In this document: in pieces, positions 1-10,800 of the stretch | Layout of the letters: the number at the start of each line of letters is the position of its first letter | Position numbering within the stretch: the first letter of the stretch is position 1 | Origin: a virus | Direction: 5' to 3' (one strand) | Length of the DNA stretch: 36,324 bases | Virus record (IMG/VR): IMGVR_UViG_3300038566_000156 | Span: 1 to 36,324 of that record | Program-made: the position numbers and the translations under genes | The notes under the pieces: model-generated | Told to the model about the DNA's origin: nothing | The model's database searches: none | What the model saw: the letters and a program-made list of their open reading frames with translations, nothing else

Positions 1-99
1 TGTACATACAGGAAGGCTGGCCGCTCAATGAAATTCGTTTTGAGTCAGTACCTTATGCTAATGAAGTATTGCACCTATCAGTAGTACAACCACTTTCTG
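1..99. repeat. 99-bp terminal overlap, identical to 36226..36324; closes the genome into a circle
   Basis: Reading both ends base by base, 'tgtacatacaggaaggctggccgctcaatg...caaccactttctg' occurs at 1..99 and again at 36226..36324. An ORF runs continuously and in frame across the junction. Confidence 0.9.
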
Positions 100-356
100 A
101 GCTACTGCCTACCACTGGCTTAACTGAAGTTATTAACTTGCCACCGGGTTACGAACGCGCATTGATCTATAACTTGTGCCTAGAGCTTGCGCCAGAGTAC
201 GGCAAAGAGCCTACGGCCCTTATTGCTACTCAAGCTGTTCAAGCCAAGCTAAAGCTAAAGCGAAACAACTACCGCTCACTAGTTCTTGGTATGGATAGAG
301 CGCTTGCTACGCAGCGTAAAGGGATTGGCACTTACATAATTAATCAAGGGCCATAA
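1..356 (+). CDS. P22 gp4-like head-to-tail adaptor (tail accessory factor), 3' part of a wrap-around CDS whose 5' part is 35832..36324; about 249 aa in total
   Basis: The frame is open from the window start and matches the frame at 35832 once 36225 is subtracted. 'ALIYNLCLELAPEYGKEPTALIATQA' resembles P22 gp4 '...[24 protein letters not shown]' as I recall it. The gene lies between coat and the gp10-like gene, as in P22. Confidence 0.75.
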   Translation, partial: YIQEGWPLNEIRFESVPYANEVLHLSVVQPLSELLPTTGLTEVINLPPGYERALIYNLCLELAPEYGKEPTALIATQAVQAKLKLKRNNYRSLVLGMDRALATQRKGIGTYIINQGP

Positions 357-357
357 T

Positions 358-1725
358 ATGCAGCGCGAAATACCTTTAGCGGTAAATACGGCGGAGCAAG
401 ACATATCAGGCAATGAGAGCTTGGTTAATGTTTATCCGCGCAAATCCACCGGAGGAAAGTATCAGTTTAGTCTTGTTGGTACACCGGGCCTTGCATACTT
501 TGCAGAGTTGCCTACATATCCAGTGCTGGGCCTTCACTCTATTGGTTCGAGAGTGTTTGCTTTCACGCCTAGTAAAATGTATGAGATAGCAGCAAGCGGC
601 GCTCACACTGAATTGGGTGACGTTTCATTAAGCGGCAGAATTTCAATTGATGACAACGGCAATCAGATTGTCGTTGTCGATGGCTCAAAAGGCTATTACT
701 ACGACCGGTCATTGAATGAAGTTAAGCAAATCACCGCTCCGGGCTTTTATCCATCATCCACGGTAACGTATCAAGATGGTTACTTTATATTTGAGCGCTC
801 AGGTACGGGGCAATTTTATCTATCGGAATTGCTTAGTGTTGCTTTTGATCCTAATGATTACGCAACAGCAGAAGGCCGACCAGATAACCTAGTCGCGGTA
901 TTAAGCGATCACCGAGAGTTGTTTTTGTTTGGCGAAGACTCGATAGAGGTTTGGTATAACTCCGGTGCGTCTGATTTTCCATTTGAAAGAAACCAAGGAG
1001 CATTTATTGAAAAGGGTTGCGCCGCTAAATATTCAGTGGCCAAGCAGGATAATACTGTTTTCTTTGTGGGTTCCGACCTAATTGTTTATAGAATGCTGGG
1101 CTATGTTCCGCAGAGAATCAGCACACACGCAGTTGAACTAACACTACTGGATATTGATTTAAGCGATTGCTTTGCATACACCTATCAGGACTCAGGGCAA
1201 TTGTTTTACGTTCTGACTGTTCCATCTAGCAATATAACGTGGTGCTATGATGTTTCATTAGGTTCATGGCATATACGAAAGGATTATCATTTTGGGCGAC
1301 ACAGAAGCAATTGCGCGGTTTTTACAAACAACAAAACACTGGTGGGGGATTTCCAAAACGGGCGAATCTACCAGCTTACAACTGACTGGCTAACCGATGA
1401 CGGAGAACCAATAGAGCGCGAGTTTGTACTACCCACTGTAAATAATGGCCGTGAGTTTTTGACTGTTTATAGCTTGGAATTGGACATGCAAACCGGTATA
1501 GGATTAATTCAGGGCCAAGGCAGTGATCCTCAAGCTATTTGTACCTTCTCAAAAGATAACGGTAAAACATGGTCAAACGATAGGCTTGCACCTATCGGCA
1601 AGCTTGGCGAATACCTAAAGCGTTTAAAGTGGAATCGCTTTGGCGTTTCAAGGCAGTTTGTTTTTAAGATACGCATAACCGACCCGGTTAAAATCGACAT
1701 TGGCGCAGCGTATATTGAGGTTTAA
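358..1725 (+). CDS. P22 gp10-like tail hub / phage stabilisation protein
   Basis: 455 aa versus 472 aa for P22 gp10. The C-terminus 'LKWNRFGVSRQFVFKIRITDPVKIDIGAAYIEV' resembles my recollection of P22 gp10 'LWKRVGRIRRLIGFKLRVITKSPVTLSGCQIRLE'. It starts 1 nt after the adaptor stop and is syntenic with P22 (4-10-26). Confidence 0.8.
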   Translation: MQREIPLAVNTAEQDISGNESLVNVYPRKSTGGKYQFSLVGTPGLAYFAELPTYPVLGLHSIGSRVFAFTPSKMYEIAASGAHTELGDVSLSGRISIDDNGNQIVVVDGSKGYYYDRSLNEVKQITAPGFYPSSTVTYQDGYFIFERSGTGQFYLSELLSVAFDPNDYATAEGRPDNLVAVLSDHRELFLFGEDSIEVWYNSGASDFPFERNQGAFIEKGCAAKYSVAKQDNTVFFVGSDLIVYRMLGYVPQRISTHAVELTLLDIDLSDCFAYTYQDSGQLFYVLTVPSSNITWCYDVSLGSWHIRKDYHFGRHRSNCAVFTNNKTLVGDFQNGRIYQLTTDWLTDDGEPIEREFVLPTVNNGREFLTVYSLELDMQTGIGLIQGQGSDPQAICTFSKDNGKTWSNDRLAPIGKLGEYLKRLKWNRFGVSRQFVFKIRITDPVKIDIGAAYIEV

Positions 1726-2376
1726 ATGGCTAAAAATATAGTTTCACAACCACCAATACAGGTTCCAATAACCGACCTAAGCGGCAATATTTCTAAGGCG
1801 TGGTCAATTTGGTTCCGCGATCTATACCGCCGAGTCGCATACAAAGGCGGTAATGCCATTGATGAAAACAAAAAAATCACAGATCAGGCAATAGATGGAA
1901 TCAACCTAGACGTTTCAGAAATTGACGACAAGCTACTTCTTGCTAATGCAACCATTGCCGAAGTAATTATTGCCGTTAATGAAAACGAAACTGAAATAAC
2001 AGCAAACAAAGCCGATATAGACAATCACATAGCGCTAGAATCCGCTCATGGTTCAAATGGAAATGTGGTTGGCTTTAACGATATTGCTACCGATGCCGTT
2101 GTGGGCTTAGTCAAAAGAATGCAGATTGTCGCCGATGCCGTAGATGCTACCAGTTCAAGCGTAGTAGTAAGTTCACCTAATGCTACAGCAGCACCGGCGG
2201 CATACGATCAAGCGCAAGTCCAAACCATTGTCACACTGGCCAATGAAACCAAGGCTGATGTTAATACTCTGGCCTCTGATTTGAATACCGTTGTCACAGA
2301 GGTTAATGCTATAGTTACTAAACTAAACAGTTTGATAGCCAACTCAAAAACAGCGGGGCAAATGAATAATGTCTGA
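1726..2376 (+). CDS. Tail needle / short fibre, coiled-coil trimer type (P22 gp26 position)
   Basis: 216 aa versus 233 aa for P22 gp26. It has heptad-like coiled-coil stretches ('ETEITANKADIDNHIALE', 'TKADVNTLASDLNTVVTEVNAIVTKLNSLI') and sits immediately after the gp10-like gene. Confidence 0.55.
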   Translation: MAKNIVSQPPIQVPITDLSGNISKAWSIWFRDLYRRVAYKGGNAIDENKKITDQAIDGINLDVSEIDDKLLLANATIAEVIIAVNENETEITANKADIDNHIALESAHGSNGNVVGFNDIATDAVVGLVKRMQIVADAVDATSSSVVVSSPNATAAPAAYDQAQVQTIVTLANETKADVNTLASDLNTVVTEVNAIVTKLNSLIANSKTAGQMNNV

Positions 2377-3232
2377 TAGCGTAAATGTAAGTAACGAGCA
2401 GAAAGGTATTGATATTGTCGGGGCTGCTTGCTTGCCTGATAAAGCCGAAAGCATTGCTTCGTTATTTGCACTTGAAGCCAAAATGAAAGAGTTCCCACAG
2501 CTTGATATTCCTATTGACCATCACTTTCATGCTGGTATGTATGCGCGTGAGCTTACAATTAAAGCAGGTACGCTACTAACCGGACGCATTCATAAGTTCG
2601 ACCACTTTGATATTATGCTAAGCGGTGATATTACGGTTTCAACCGATGACGGCCAAGTTAAGCGATTAACTGGTTTAAATATCATGCAAGGTAAAGCCGG
2701 TAAAAAACGCGCTGGCTATGCCCACAGTGATACGCATTGGATAACCTTTCATAGCACCGATGAGCGCCATGAAGATGAAATGCTTGATTACCTTACTTGT
2801 GAAACCTTTGAAGAGCTTGAAGATTTTAATGTTGCGGTAAATCGTGCTGATTACTTACTAATGGTCGATTCAATTGGAATGACCGAAGACGAGATCAGTA
2901 AGCAAGTAACCAATGAAGCCGATATGATGGCTATGCCTGATGAGTACAACATGGCATTCGTTGGCGAATCAAAGATTCATGGCAAAGGATATTTTGCAGA
3001 CCAATTAATAACAGGCGGCTCCCTTATTGCCCCGGCAAGAATTGGTGATTTTAGAACAGAAGCAGGGCGCTATACTAATCACGCACTAAACCCGAACGCC
3101 GCTATGGTAGTTTGTGGCTCCGGTGTAAACCTTATGGCCCTAAAAGATATTGAACCAGGTGAAGAGATTACGGCTAACTATCGTGATGTTATTAACCACA
3201 GATCAGAGCATGGTGATTTATGTCAGGCGTAG
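2369..3232 (+). CDS. Two-domain protein: N-terminal cupin-like beta-barrel plus C-terminal minimal SET domain (putative protein lysine methyltransferase)
   Basis: The C-terminal ~90 aa carry SET signatures: 'IHGKGYFA' (GxG region), 'RYTNHALNPNA' (NHxxxPN) and 'GEEITANY' (ELxxxY-type). Their spacing matches what I recall of chlorella-virus vSET. The N-terminal region 'HHFHAGMYARELTIKAGTLLTGRIHKFDHFDIMLSGDITV' is cupin-like. The gene occupies the P22 gene-14 slot. Confidence 0.7.
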   Translation: MSDSVNVSNEQKGIDIVGAACLPDKAESIASLFALEAKMKEFPQLDIPIDHHFHAGMYARELTIKAGTLLTGRIHKFDHFDIMLSGDITVSTDDGQVKRLTGLNIMQGKAGKKRAGYAHSDTHWITFHSTDERHEDEMLDYLTCETFEELEDFNVAVNRADYLLMVDSIGMTEDEISKQVTNEADMMAMPDEYNMAFVGESKIHGKGYFADQLITGGSLIAPARIGDFRTEAGRYTNHALNPNAAMVVCGSGVNLMALKDIEPGEEITANYRDVINHRSEHGDLCQA

Positions 3233-3906
3233 CAACGGCGATTGTTGGTTCCGCAGTAATTGGGGGATATGCAAGCAATCAAGCAAGTAATGCACAAGCA
3301 AAAGCCACAAAAGCCGGTATTCGCGCAGAGCAACAAATGAGCGCCGAGAACATAGCATTTCAGCGTGAAATGGCAGCAGAACAGCGAGAAGATTTTGCGC
3401 CGTGGACTGAGGCTGGCGGGCAAGCGCTAGATAAACTCTGGGCTGGCGTTCAGTCTGGCGAGTTTGAAGTTGGCAAGATTGATGTAAAGCAAGACCCCGG
3501 CTATCAATTTAGAATGAATGAAGGCGTAGAGGCGCTAGATAAATCAGCGGCAGCGCGAGGGCGATTACTTAGTGGCGCTCAAAACAAAGCCATTACAGAT
3601 TATGCACAAGGCCAAGCCAGCCAAGAATACGGCGCAGCCTATGCACGCGAGGCTGATGCTAAAGCTAGAAAATACAATATGCTTTCTGGCTTATCACAAC
3701 AAGGCCAAGCCAGCGCAGCGCGTCAAGCAGGCGCAACAAGTCAGCTTGCATCGACTGGCGGTAACATTATGGCTCAATCAGGGCAGGCGCAAAACATAGC
3801 ACAGCAGAACATAGGCGCAGCTAGAGCTAGTGCTTATCAAGGCATGGCTCAATCTACAAACCAAGCCGCGCAAAACTGGATGCTTTACCAATCACTAGGA
3901 AAATAA
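3220..3906 (+). CDS. Ejection (internal virion / DNA-transfer) protein, P22 gp7 position
   Basis: 228 aa versus 229 aa for P22 gp7. It has a hydrophobic Gly/Ala-rich N-terminus 'VATAIVGSAVIGGYA' and is otherwise Q/A-rich and low in complexity. Assignment rests on synteny. Confidence 0.55.
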   Translation: MSGVATAIVGSAVIGGYASNQASNAQAKATKAGIRAEQQMSAENIAFQREMAAEQREDFAPWTEAGGQALDKLWAGVQSGEFEVGKIDVKQDPGYQFRMNEGVEALDKSAAARGRLLSGAQNKAITDYAQGQASQEYGAAYAREADAKARKYNMLSGLSQQGQASAARQAGATSQLASTGGNIMAQSGQAQNIAQQNIGAARASAYQGMAQSTNQAAQNWMLYQSLGK

Positions 3907-3907
3907 C

Positions 3908-4819
3908 ATGGCAGCTAATCAATACGGTATCGACATGGCCGATATTTACCGCACAACAGCAGCGGTAAAGGGTGCCAGAACTAGAAACAAATTGGCAGAC
4001 CTTCAATTGTCTGAGGCTCAATATAAGATTGACCAGCGACCCATTGAAGAAGAGAAGAAAAACAAACTTACTGCATTGCGCCAGCAGTCGGTTACAGGTG
4101 ATGTTGATGCACAGCAGCAGTTATTAGCGCTTGATCCTGAGAACGGGCCTCAATTTATTGACGCTATAGGTAAAATGGATGAAACAAAACGCGCAGGCGT
4201 TAAGCGTAGTATTGATGAAATTGGACGCGGATCAATGTTTGTTCTTAATGGGAAAACCCCGGAAGAACAGGCGCAGCGCTATCAAACACTAAAAGAGAAT
4301 TTATCGCCAGAAGTAGCAGCAAAGCTACCCGAAACTTACGATCCGGCATTTATGGAGCTTTCACTATCAAAAGCTACTGCAATGGATAAGCTATTAGAGG
4401 CGCCTAAGTCGGTTGGTGTTGGTGGCGAGGATATTCTTTACCGTGGTGGCCGAGAAATTGAGCGTGCAGATAAGCCGGTTAAGGCGGGTGGCGCAGACGG
4501 CAAAGGCGGCTCCGGTGCTAGTAACTGGAAAGGATCAACTAGCATTAATACTATTCGCAGATTAACAGCAGACCTTGCAGGCGGTTTGTTTGATGAGCGA
4601 ACAGGACAGATAACTAAACTTCAAACTGGTACACGATCTGATATGCAAGCAGTAGTTGATGAAGCTAGTAGAATGCTACAGCTTGGAGAGGCAAATAATG
4701 AGGCCGAGGCCGTTACACTAGCAGCAAGAAAACTTAAAGTACCTTACGAAATTCCTAGTTTATCAGGTAATATTAGTAAAAATAACGCAATACCAGAAGA
4801 CCCTTTAGGCATTCGCTAA
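3908..4819 (+). CDS. Ejection (internal virion) protein, P22 gp20 position
   Basis: 303 aa, tightly packed between the gp7-like gene and the giant ORF. Assignment is by synteny only; I recognise no enzymatic motif. Confidence 0.45.
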   Translation: MAANQYGIDMADIYRTTAAVKGARTRNKLADLQLSEAQYKIDQRPIEEEKKNKLTALRQQSVTGDVDAQQQLLALDPENGPQFIDAIGKMDETKRAGVKRSIDEIGRGSMFVLNGKTPEEQAQRYQTLKENLSPEVAAKLPETYDPAFMELSLSKATAMDKLLEAPKSVGVGGEDILYRGGREIERADKPVKAGGADGKGGSGASNWKGSTSINTIRRLTADLAGGLFDERTGQITKLQTGTRSDMQAVVDEASRMLQLGEANNEAEAVTLAARKLKVPYEIPSLSGNISKNNAIPEDPLGIR

Positions 4820-4835
4820 ACCAAGGAGAACGACC

Positions 4836-7800
4836 GTGAGTCAGTTCATCGCAGATTTTAGAAAAAAGAACCCGCAATACAATGATATGGCAGACGACCA
4901 ATTAGTTTCTGCTCTTCATCGCAAATACTATTCTGATATGGATGTTGAGGCATTCAATCAAAAGATAGGCTATCAATCAGTTGCCGAGCAGCCTATCGAG
5001 CAGGTTCAAGCGGTAGAGCCGCAGGTGGAGCCTACCCAGGCTAAAGCTATTCAATCGGAAGTCATACCGCAGCAAGAAGTCATTGAGCAGCAAGAACAAG
5101 AGCCTTCAATGTTTGATATGGTTAGCTCAAAGCTTAATGAGCTGGCAGCAGACCCAGTGCCGAATGCTGTTAAAGGTGCAATAGAGCGTGCAGGTGATGT
5201 TGGCGCGGGATTCTTAACCACTATCAATACCGCAGCAAGAGAAGCCGAGCAATCTATGCCAATTGGCGGTTTTGTTTGGGATGGTGGAGTATTGCCAAGC
5301 TATAAGGGGCCAGAAGAATACCAAGCTTACTTACAGCAAGGCGGTAAGGATATTCTAGCTGAAACCGAAGAAAGCGCTAAAGGCTTAGAGGCTGGCTACA
5401 TTCCTACGCATACCTGGGAAGAGGTAAAGCGCGAATTTTCAGAGGGTGGTGCTTTAAGCGGCAGCGCTTGGGGTGAGGTTGTTGGCTATATTGGCGAACA
5501 GGGGGTTAAATCCATTCCTGATATGGCAGCAGCGCTATTAAACCTACCTAGTTATATTATTGCCAGATCGGGTGAAATCGGTGAAACGCGAGCGGAAAAC
5601 AAAGGCAAAGATAAGACAGACTTAATTGATATTGTTGAAGCCGTACCTTTTGCCGTAGGTAGCGCACTATTAGAGCGAATTGGGGCAAAGGGGATTACTG
5701 AAGCAGGAGCAGAGGCTTTTGGTAAGGAAGCATTAAAATCAGGATTCAAAGAAGCAGCTAAGCGAACAGCTAAAGCAGGGGCTAAAGCTGGCACCAAAGA
5801 AGCGGTAACCGAAGCAATTCAAGAGGGTATGATTGAATATGCAGGCGAGCGACTAGGCACTAATGCAAAGATGACTCTTGCCGAATCACTAGACCTTGCA
5901 GCAGCGGGCGCGGTTGCTGGTGGCGGTATGGGTGGTGGTGCAGGTACGGTTTCAGCAGGTTACAAAGAAGCCACTTACAACCCAGAGGCAGAGCTAGGCA
6001 AAGCACTTAACAACCTTATCGACCAATCGCGCTTTGAGATTGACCAAGAGGCTATTACAAGACAATTCGACCCAGCTAATGCACAGCTAGAAGCTAGACC
6101 ACAACAAGAAAGCACCGAAGGCACAATAAAGTTAAAGCCACACACTCCGCTTGAATTAACAGGTGAGTTTGAAGGCGTGCAGCCTAAAGGTGAATTTGCA
6201 CCAGGTATGCCTGAAAGCACACCGGCGGTTTACGATATTCCAGAAGCACCAAAAAATACAAAGCAGATCGCAGAAGAAAAGGCCGAGCCTAAAGAGCAGG
6301 GCCAAATTAAAGGCTTGGCAGTTGTTGAAGCGCCAATTGATGAAGTCACTCTTTCGAGTGATGTGCCGCAATTCAAGGAAGGTGCTAATGCTAGTGGTGT
6401 TGTTGAACCATTAGGCGGTAAGTTTGAGCGCACCGGTGTTGCACCAATTCAAATATGGGTTCGAGAAGATGGCCGAAAAGAAGTTATTTCCGGTCGCCAT
6501 AGCTTAGACCTAGCAAAGCGCAGCGGTGAACAAACAATCCCAGCACAGTACCACTACGAGAGCGAAGGCTTTACCGTAGAGCAAGCAGCATCATTAGACG
6601 CTATTCTTAATATTCGTGAAGGCCAAGGCAAGGTAAAAGATTATGTCGAATTCATACAAGCAACAAAGCCAACAGAAGCCGAAGCAGCAGCACAAGGCAT
6701 TTTGGCAAGACAAACGGGCAAACGGGCGTTCACAATCGCAGATTCAGGAAGCGATACGCTCATTGCCAGTCATCGAGCTAACCAAATCAGTGACGAAGCA
6801 GCCACAAGGATAGCAAGAGCAGCGCCAAAGAATGACGCGCTTCAATCGGTAGGCATTAAAGCTATTCAGGATGGTAAGACTATCATCATGGCTGAAAACC
6901 TAGTTAAAGCCGTTGGCAGCATGACCACCGACAAGCAGCAGGCTACAGACGATTTATTCGGCTTTGATGATTCAGCAATGAAAGAAGCCGTTGAGCTCGC
7001 CAAGAAGGTTGGCAAAAAGCAGGCGGAGATTCAGCGCACATTGACCGCGGTAACCGGTGCGGCCAAAAACCCAGAGCTTGCCAGAAAAGAAGGGGTAGAC
7101 GTTAAAGACCCCGAAGGCATTAAGAAGAAGATCAAGCAGCTTAAATCTAAAAAGAAAGCATGGGATAACTGGCACACCAACCCAAAGCTAATGGAGCAAT
7201 TGACGGGCAAGAAAAAGGCCGACCAATTACCAGCCAAAGAAGAAGTCACCAAAAAAGAAGAAAAAAGCTACGATGTAGACAAGTGGAACTACAAACAAGG
7301 TAAAGCTGATAGTACGCAACCAGTGCGCACCAAAACAGTTAAAGGTATTACGCTTAATGTAAGTGAAAGCTTTGAAGATAAGCAAATGTTCGCGCTTAAC
7401 TCCGATGGTGAAGTGGTAGGCGATTTATTCTTTTCTTTTGATGAAGGCAAGCTATACGGTTCGGTTGAGGTAAGAGAAGACAGTCGCAGGCAAGGCATTG
7501 CCACAATGATGTATGACTTTGCCAGCGAGATAGAAGGCGTTGAGATAAACCCGTCAGAAGGCCATACGGATGATGCGGCCGCATTTTGGGCAGACCGAAA
7601 AGCAAAGAAAAAGCCAGAGCTATCCCAATCAGATGCCGACCGTTTGATTGCTGATGTTAAAAGCAGTGATCTAGGCGTAAGCCGTACCAATGCGCTAATC
7701 AAAGACATTACCGATGCGGTAAATGGCAAGCAGGAGTCAGTTAAGCGACAACTTAAAAACCTAGCCGAGCTTAACGACAAACAAAGCAAATCTGAAACCA

Positions 7801-10800
7801 AGGCCAAGACAGAAGAAACCAAAGCCAAAACAAAAAAGACCCAGCAAGAAAGCAAAGCAGCACTTGAAAAAGAGCAAAAGCGCGAACGTATTTATTCCGG
7901 TAACTATGAAGGACTGCAACCAAATTACGTTACCTGGTTAAAGTCACTGAGCGATACCAAGCGAAAAGAATTGTTTGCTAAAGGTTCTAACCCAACTATT
8001 GCGAACAGTGAGTTTATTGCTTACAAGCCAGATTTTGATCTAGGCCAGCAGACCGAAGCCGACATTAAAGCGGCAGAAGAGAAGCAGGCTAAAGCCAAGG
8101 CCGAAGAAAAAGCAGCAGAAGCAAAGGCCGAAGCCGATAAGCAAGTGGATGACTTTGTACTTGCCGGTTCCGACCGAGTAGCAGACCAAGCCGAAGCTAG
8201 AGGTCAAGCTGGATTATTCGATGCACCGGCAGAGCCAAAAGCGCAGCAAACAGATTCTACGATAGAAATTAAGCGCGATGGCAAAACAGTAGCAAGCGTT
8301 GATTATTCAGTCTTTGAAGGCATACCAGCCGTTAAGATGATTAATACCGATCCAGATTACCAACGACAAGGATTAGCAACAGAAGCGCTTATAAAGCTGC
8401 AAGCTAAGTTTCCTGATGTTGAAATTGATCTAGGCTCACTAACAGGCGATGGTGCAAAGCTAATTGATTCGCTTGAGTACAATGTTATTGGTAGTGGTGA
8501 TTATGAATCGACCGTAAATAAGCTAGAAGAAACTGAGGCCAAGCTAGAAGAATATAGTGAACTGGCTGAAAACTTTAACTTTTCAGAAGCTACGGAAGCA
8601 GAAAGATTAGAATACAGAGAAGCAACAAAAGACTGGGATGACCTTCACGATCTTAAAAATGATTTAGAAAATGAACTGGCAGAGCTTGAGCCTTCAAAGA
8701 AAATCATCATAGGAAAGAAAAAGAAAGCAGAGCCAAAAGCTAAAAAGGAGCCAGTGGCTAGTTCCAAAAAGGAACCAGCCACTAAAGACCCTATCAAACT
8801 GGACTACTCAAACAATGCCGTTATCGCATTTCATAAGTTTAGAGAGTCAACGGGGAAAGGAACGGCAACCAAGCAAGATATTCAATCTAGTTTTGATGAT
8901 CTAGTCGAAAGCAAAGACGCGGTACTGGCACAGCTTAAAAAGCTAACCAAGGCGCAGTTGCTTAAATACGTTGGCCGTAGTGATCTTAAAAAGCCTGCTA
9001 TGGTAGAGGCAGCTTATAAAACGATGTTAAGCGCTCATGTTTTTGGCGATATGGTTATGACTATCTTCGGTGGAAGTAAGACCTATGAAGAACAGATAGC
9101 TGAAAAAGTAGCAAAACAAACTCAAGAGCAAATCGAAACCGACTATGAGCGCCAGCGTGAAGCAAGAGCAGAGCGCGACAAGCGAAAAGAATCCTTTGTT
9201 AAGTCGCTAACCAATCCCGAAACCTTGGCCGAGTATAAGGAATTCATTCGTGTACGCGGAAAAGCAAAGCTAACCACTGAGCAGCTAAAGACCTATGACA
9301 CGCTAGTTGCTGATTCAATGCTAGAAGAAGACAAGGCCAAGCCAAAAACCGTACAGGGTGAAGCTGAAGCGGTAGAAACTACCCGCGCAGAAACAACCCA
9401 CGCGAAGAAAGGCCACCAGCTATTTGTTGTCTCGCTTGTTAATCGTGTTAGCAAAGAGCAATACAAAGAACTCAATGATAAGGCCAAAGAGTTTGGCGGC
9501 TACTACAGCGCTTATAACAAAGCTGGTGCTATCCCAGGCTTTCAATTTAAAACGATTGAAGAGGCCGACCAATTCGAGCAGGTATTGAAAGGCAAGGATA
9601 CCGACAAGAGTGATTTTGAAGAAGCCAAAGCCGATGTTAAGAATTCCAAGCAAGCCGACAAGCTTATGGAAATGGCCGACAAGCTAGAAGCAAAGGGAAA
9701 TGAATCACTAGGGCAAGACCGCCAAACCAATACCGGTAAGCGTGCAGCGCAGGCAGCCAGCGCAAGCGAGAAAGCTTACAAGCAGATAGCAACGGCTCAA
9801 ACGGTTAAGCAGATTGCCACAAAAATGGCAGCGGGTGAGATCGTTTACTTGGGCAAGATGACGCAGATAACCCAACTGGAAGAGCTTAAGGCTATTCAGC
9901 GCAAGGCAGTGCCTAGCTCAATGATGCACAGCGAGTACGATGGTTATTCCATTAGCAACTCAATGAAAGAAGGCGTGACGGTAGAGGATTATATTAATAA
10001 CGTCCGTATGCCTGAGCTGTTTATTGATAAAGAGCGAGCGAAGCGCTTCAGCGATAAGCTTGATGGGGTGAAAGGGTTTAGCCGATTTTCTGCAGAACTT
10101 AAAAAACTGCCAATGGCAGAGGGTAAAGTTCACCTTGGCCGATTGACGAAAGACCAAGTTAAAAAAATTCATGACGCGGTGAAAGCTGGCCACCTTAGTT
10201 CTTACGAGCTTGGCTTTATTCCAGATCGTGAAAAGACAATGAATCGCCTTGATAAGTTAGGCATTAAAACCGATGAGCAATTACGTACAGCTATTCGTGA
10301 ACTTGATTCGCTAACGGTTACCGAGCAGAAAGAAGACCCAATTAAAAAGCTTGAGCGTGACTTAGTTGGCAAGAAGATCGAAGGTTATTTCCCAACGCCT
10401 CGCGAACTGGTTGAGCAAATGATTGACTATGCTGAAATTCAGCCAGGTCACCAAGTGCTAGAGCCTTCTGCCGGTAAAGGGAATATTGCCGACATTATCA
10501 AAGAGTCTGAGCCTAATGCTGAAATCGATGTTATCGAAATCAATCAAGGCTTGCGCTCAATGCTTGAGATCAAAGGCTATAACGTAGTTTCTAACGACTT
10601 CACTGAATACGATGGCAAGCAGTACGACAGAATCATAATGAATCCGCCGTTTGAGAACTTCCAAGACATTGATCACGTTAAGCACGCCTATGAATTGTTA
10701 AAGCCTGGTGGCAAGTTAGTTGCCATCATGGGTGCTGGTGTCAAAAATTCACGCAAGAAGGCTGTAGAGTTCCGCCAATGGATTGACGAGTCTGGCTCTT

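Noticed and set aside
1-99. The 99-bp end repeat as a true physical direct terminal repeat (T7-like DTR).
   Set aside because: The packaging genes and gene order are P22-like, which implies headful packaging and a permuted genome. A gene is split by the junction, and the repeat length matches a typical assembler k-mer overlap. Termini cannot be fully excluded without read data.
3572-3799. A 75-aa alternative-frame + ORF inside the gp7-position gene, and the 66-aa - ORF at 3223..3423.
   Set aside because: They are embedded in a longer ORF with proper gene junctions. The basic, low-complexity translation is typical of out-of-frame reading of Q/A-rich sequence.
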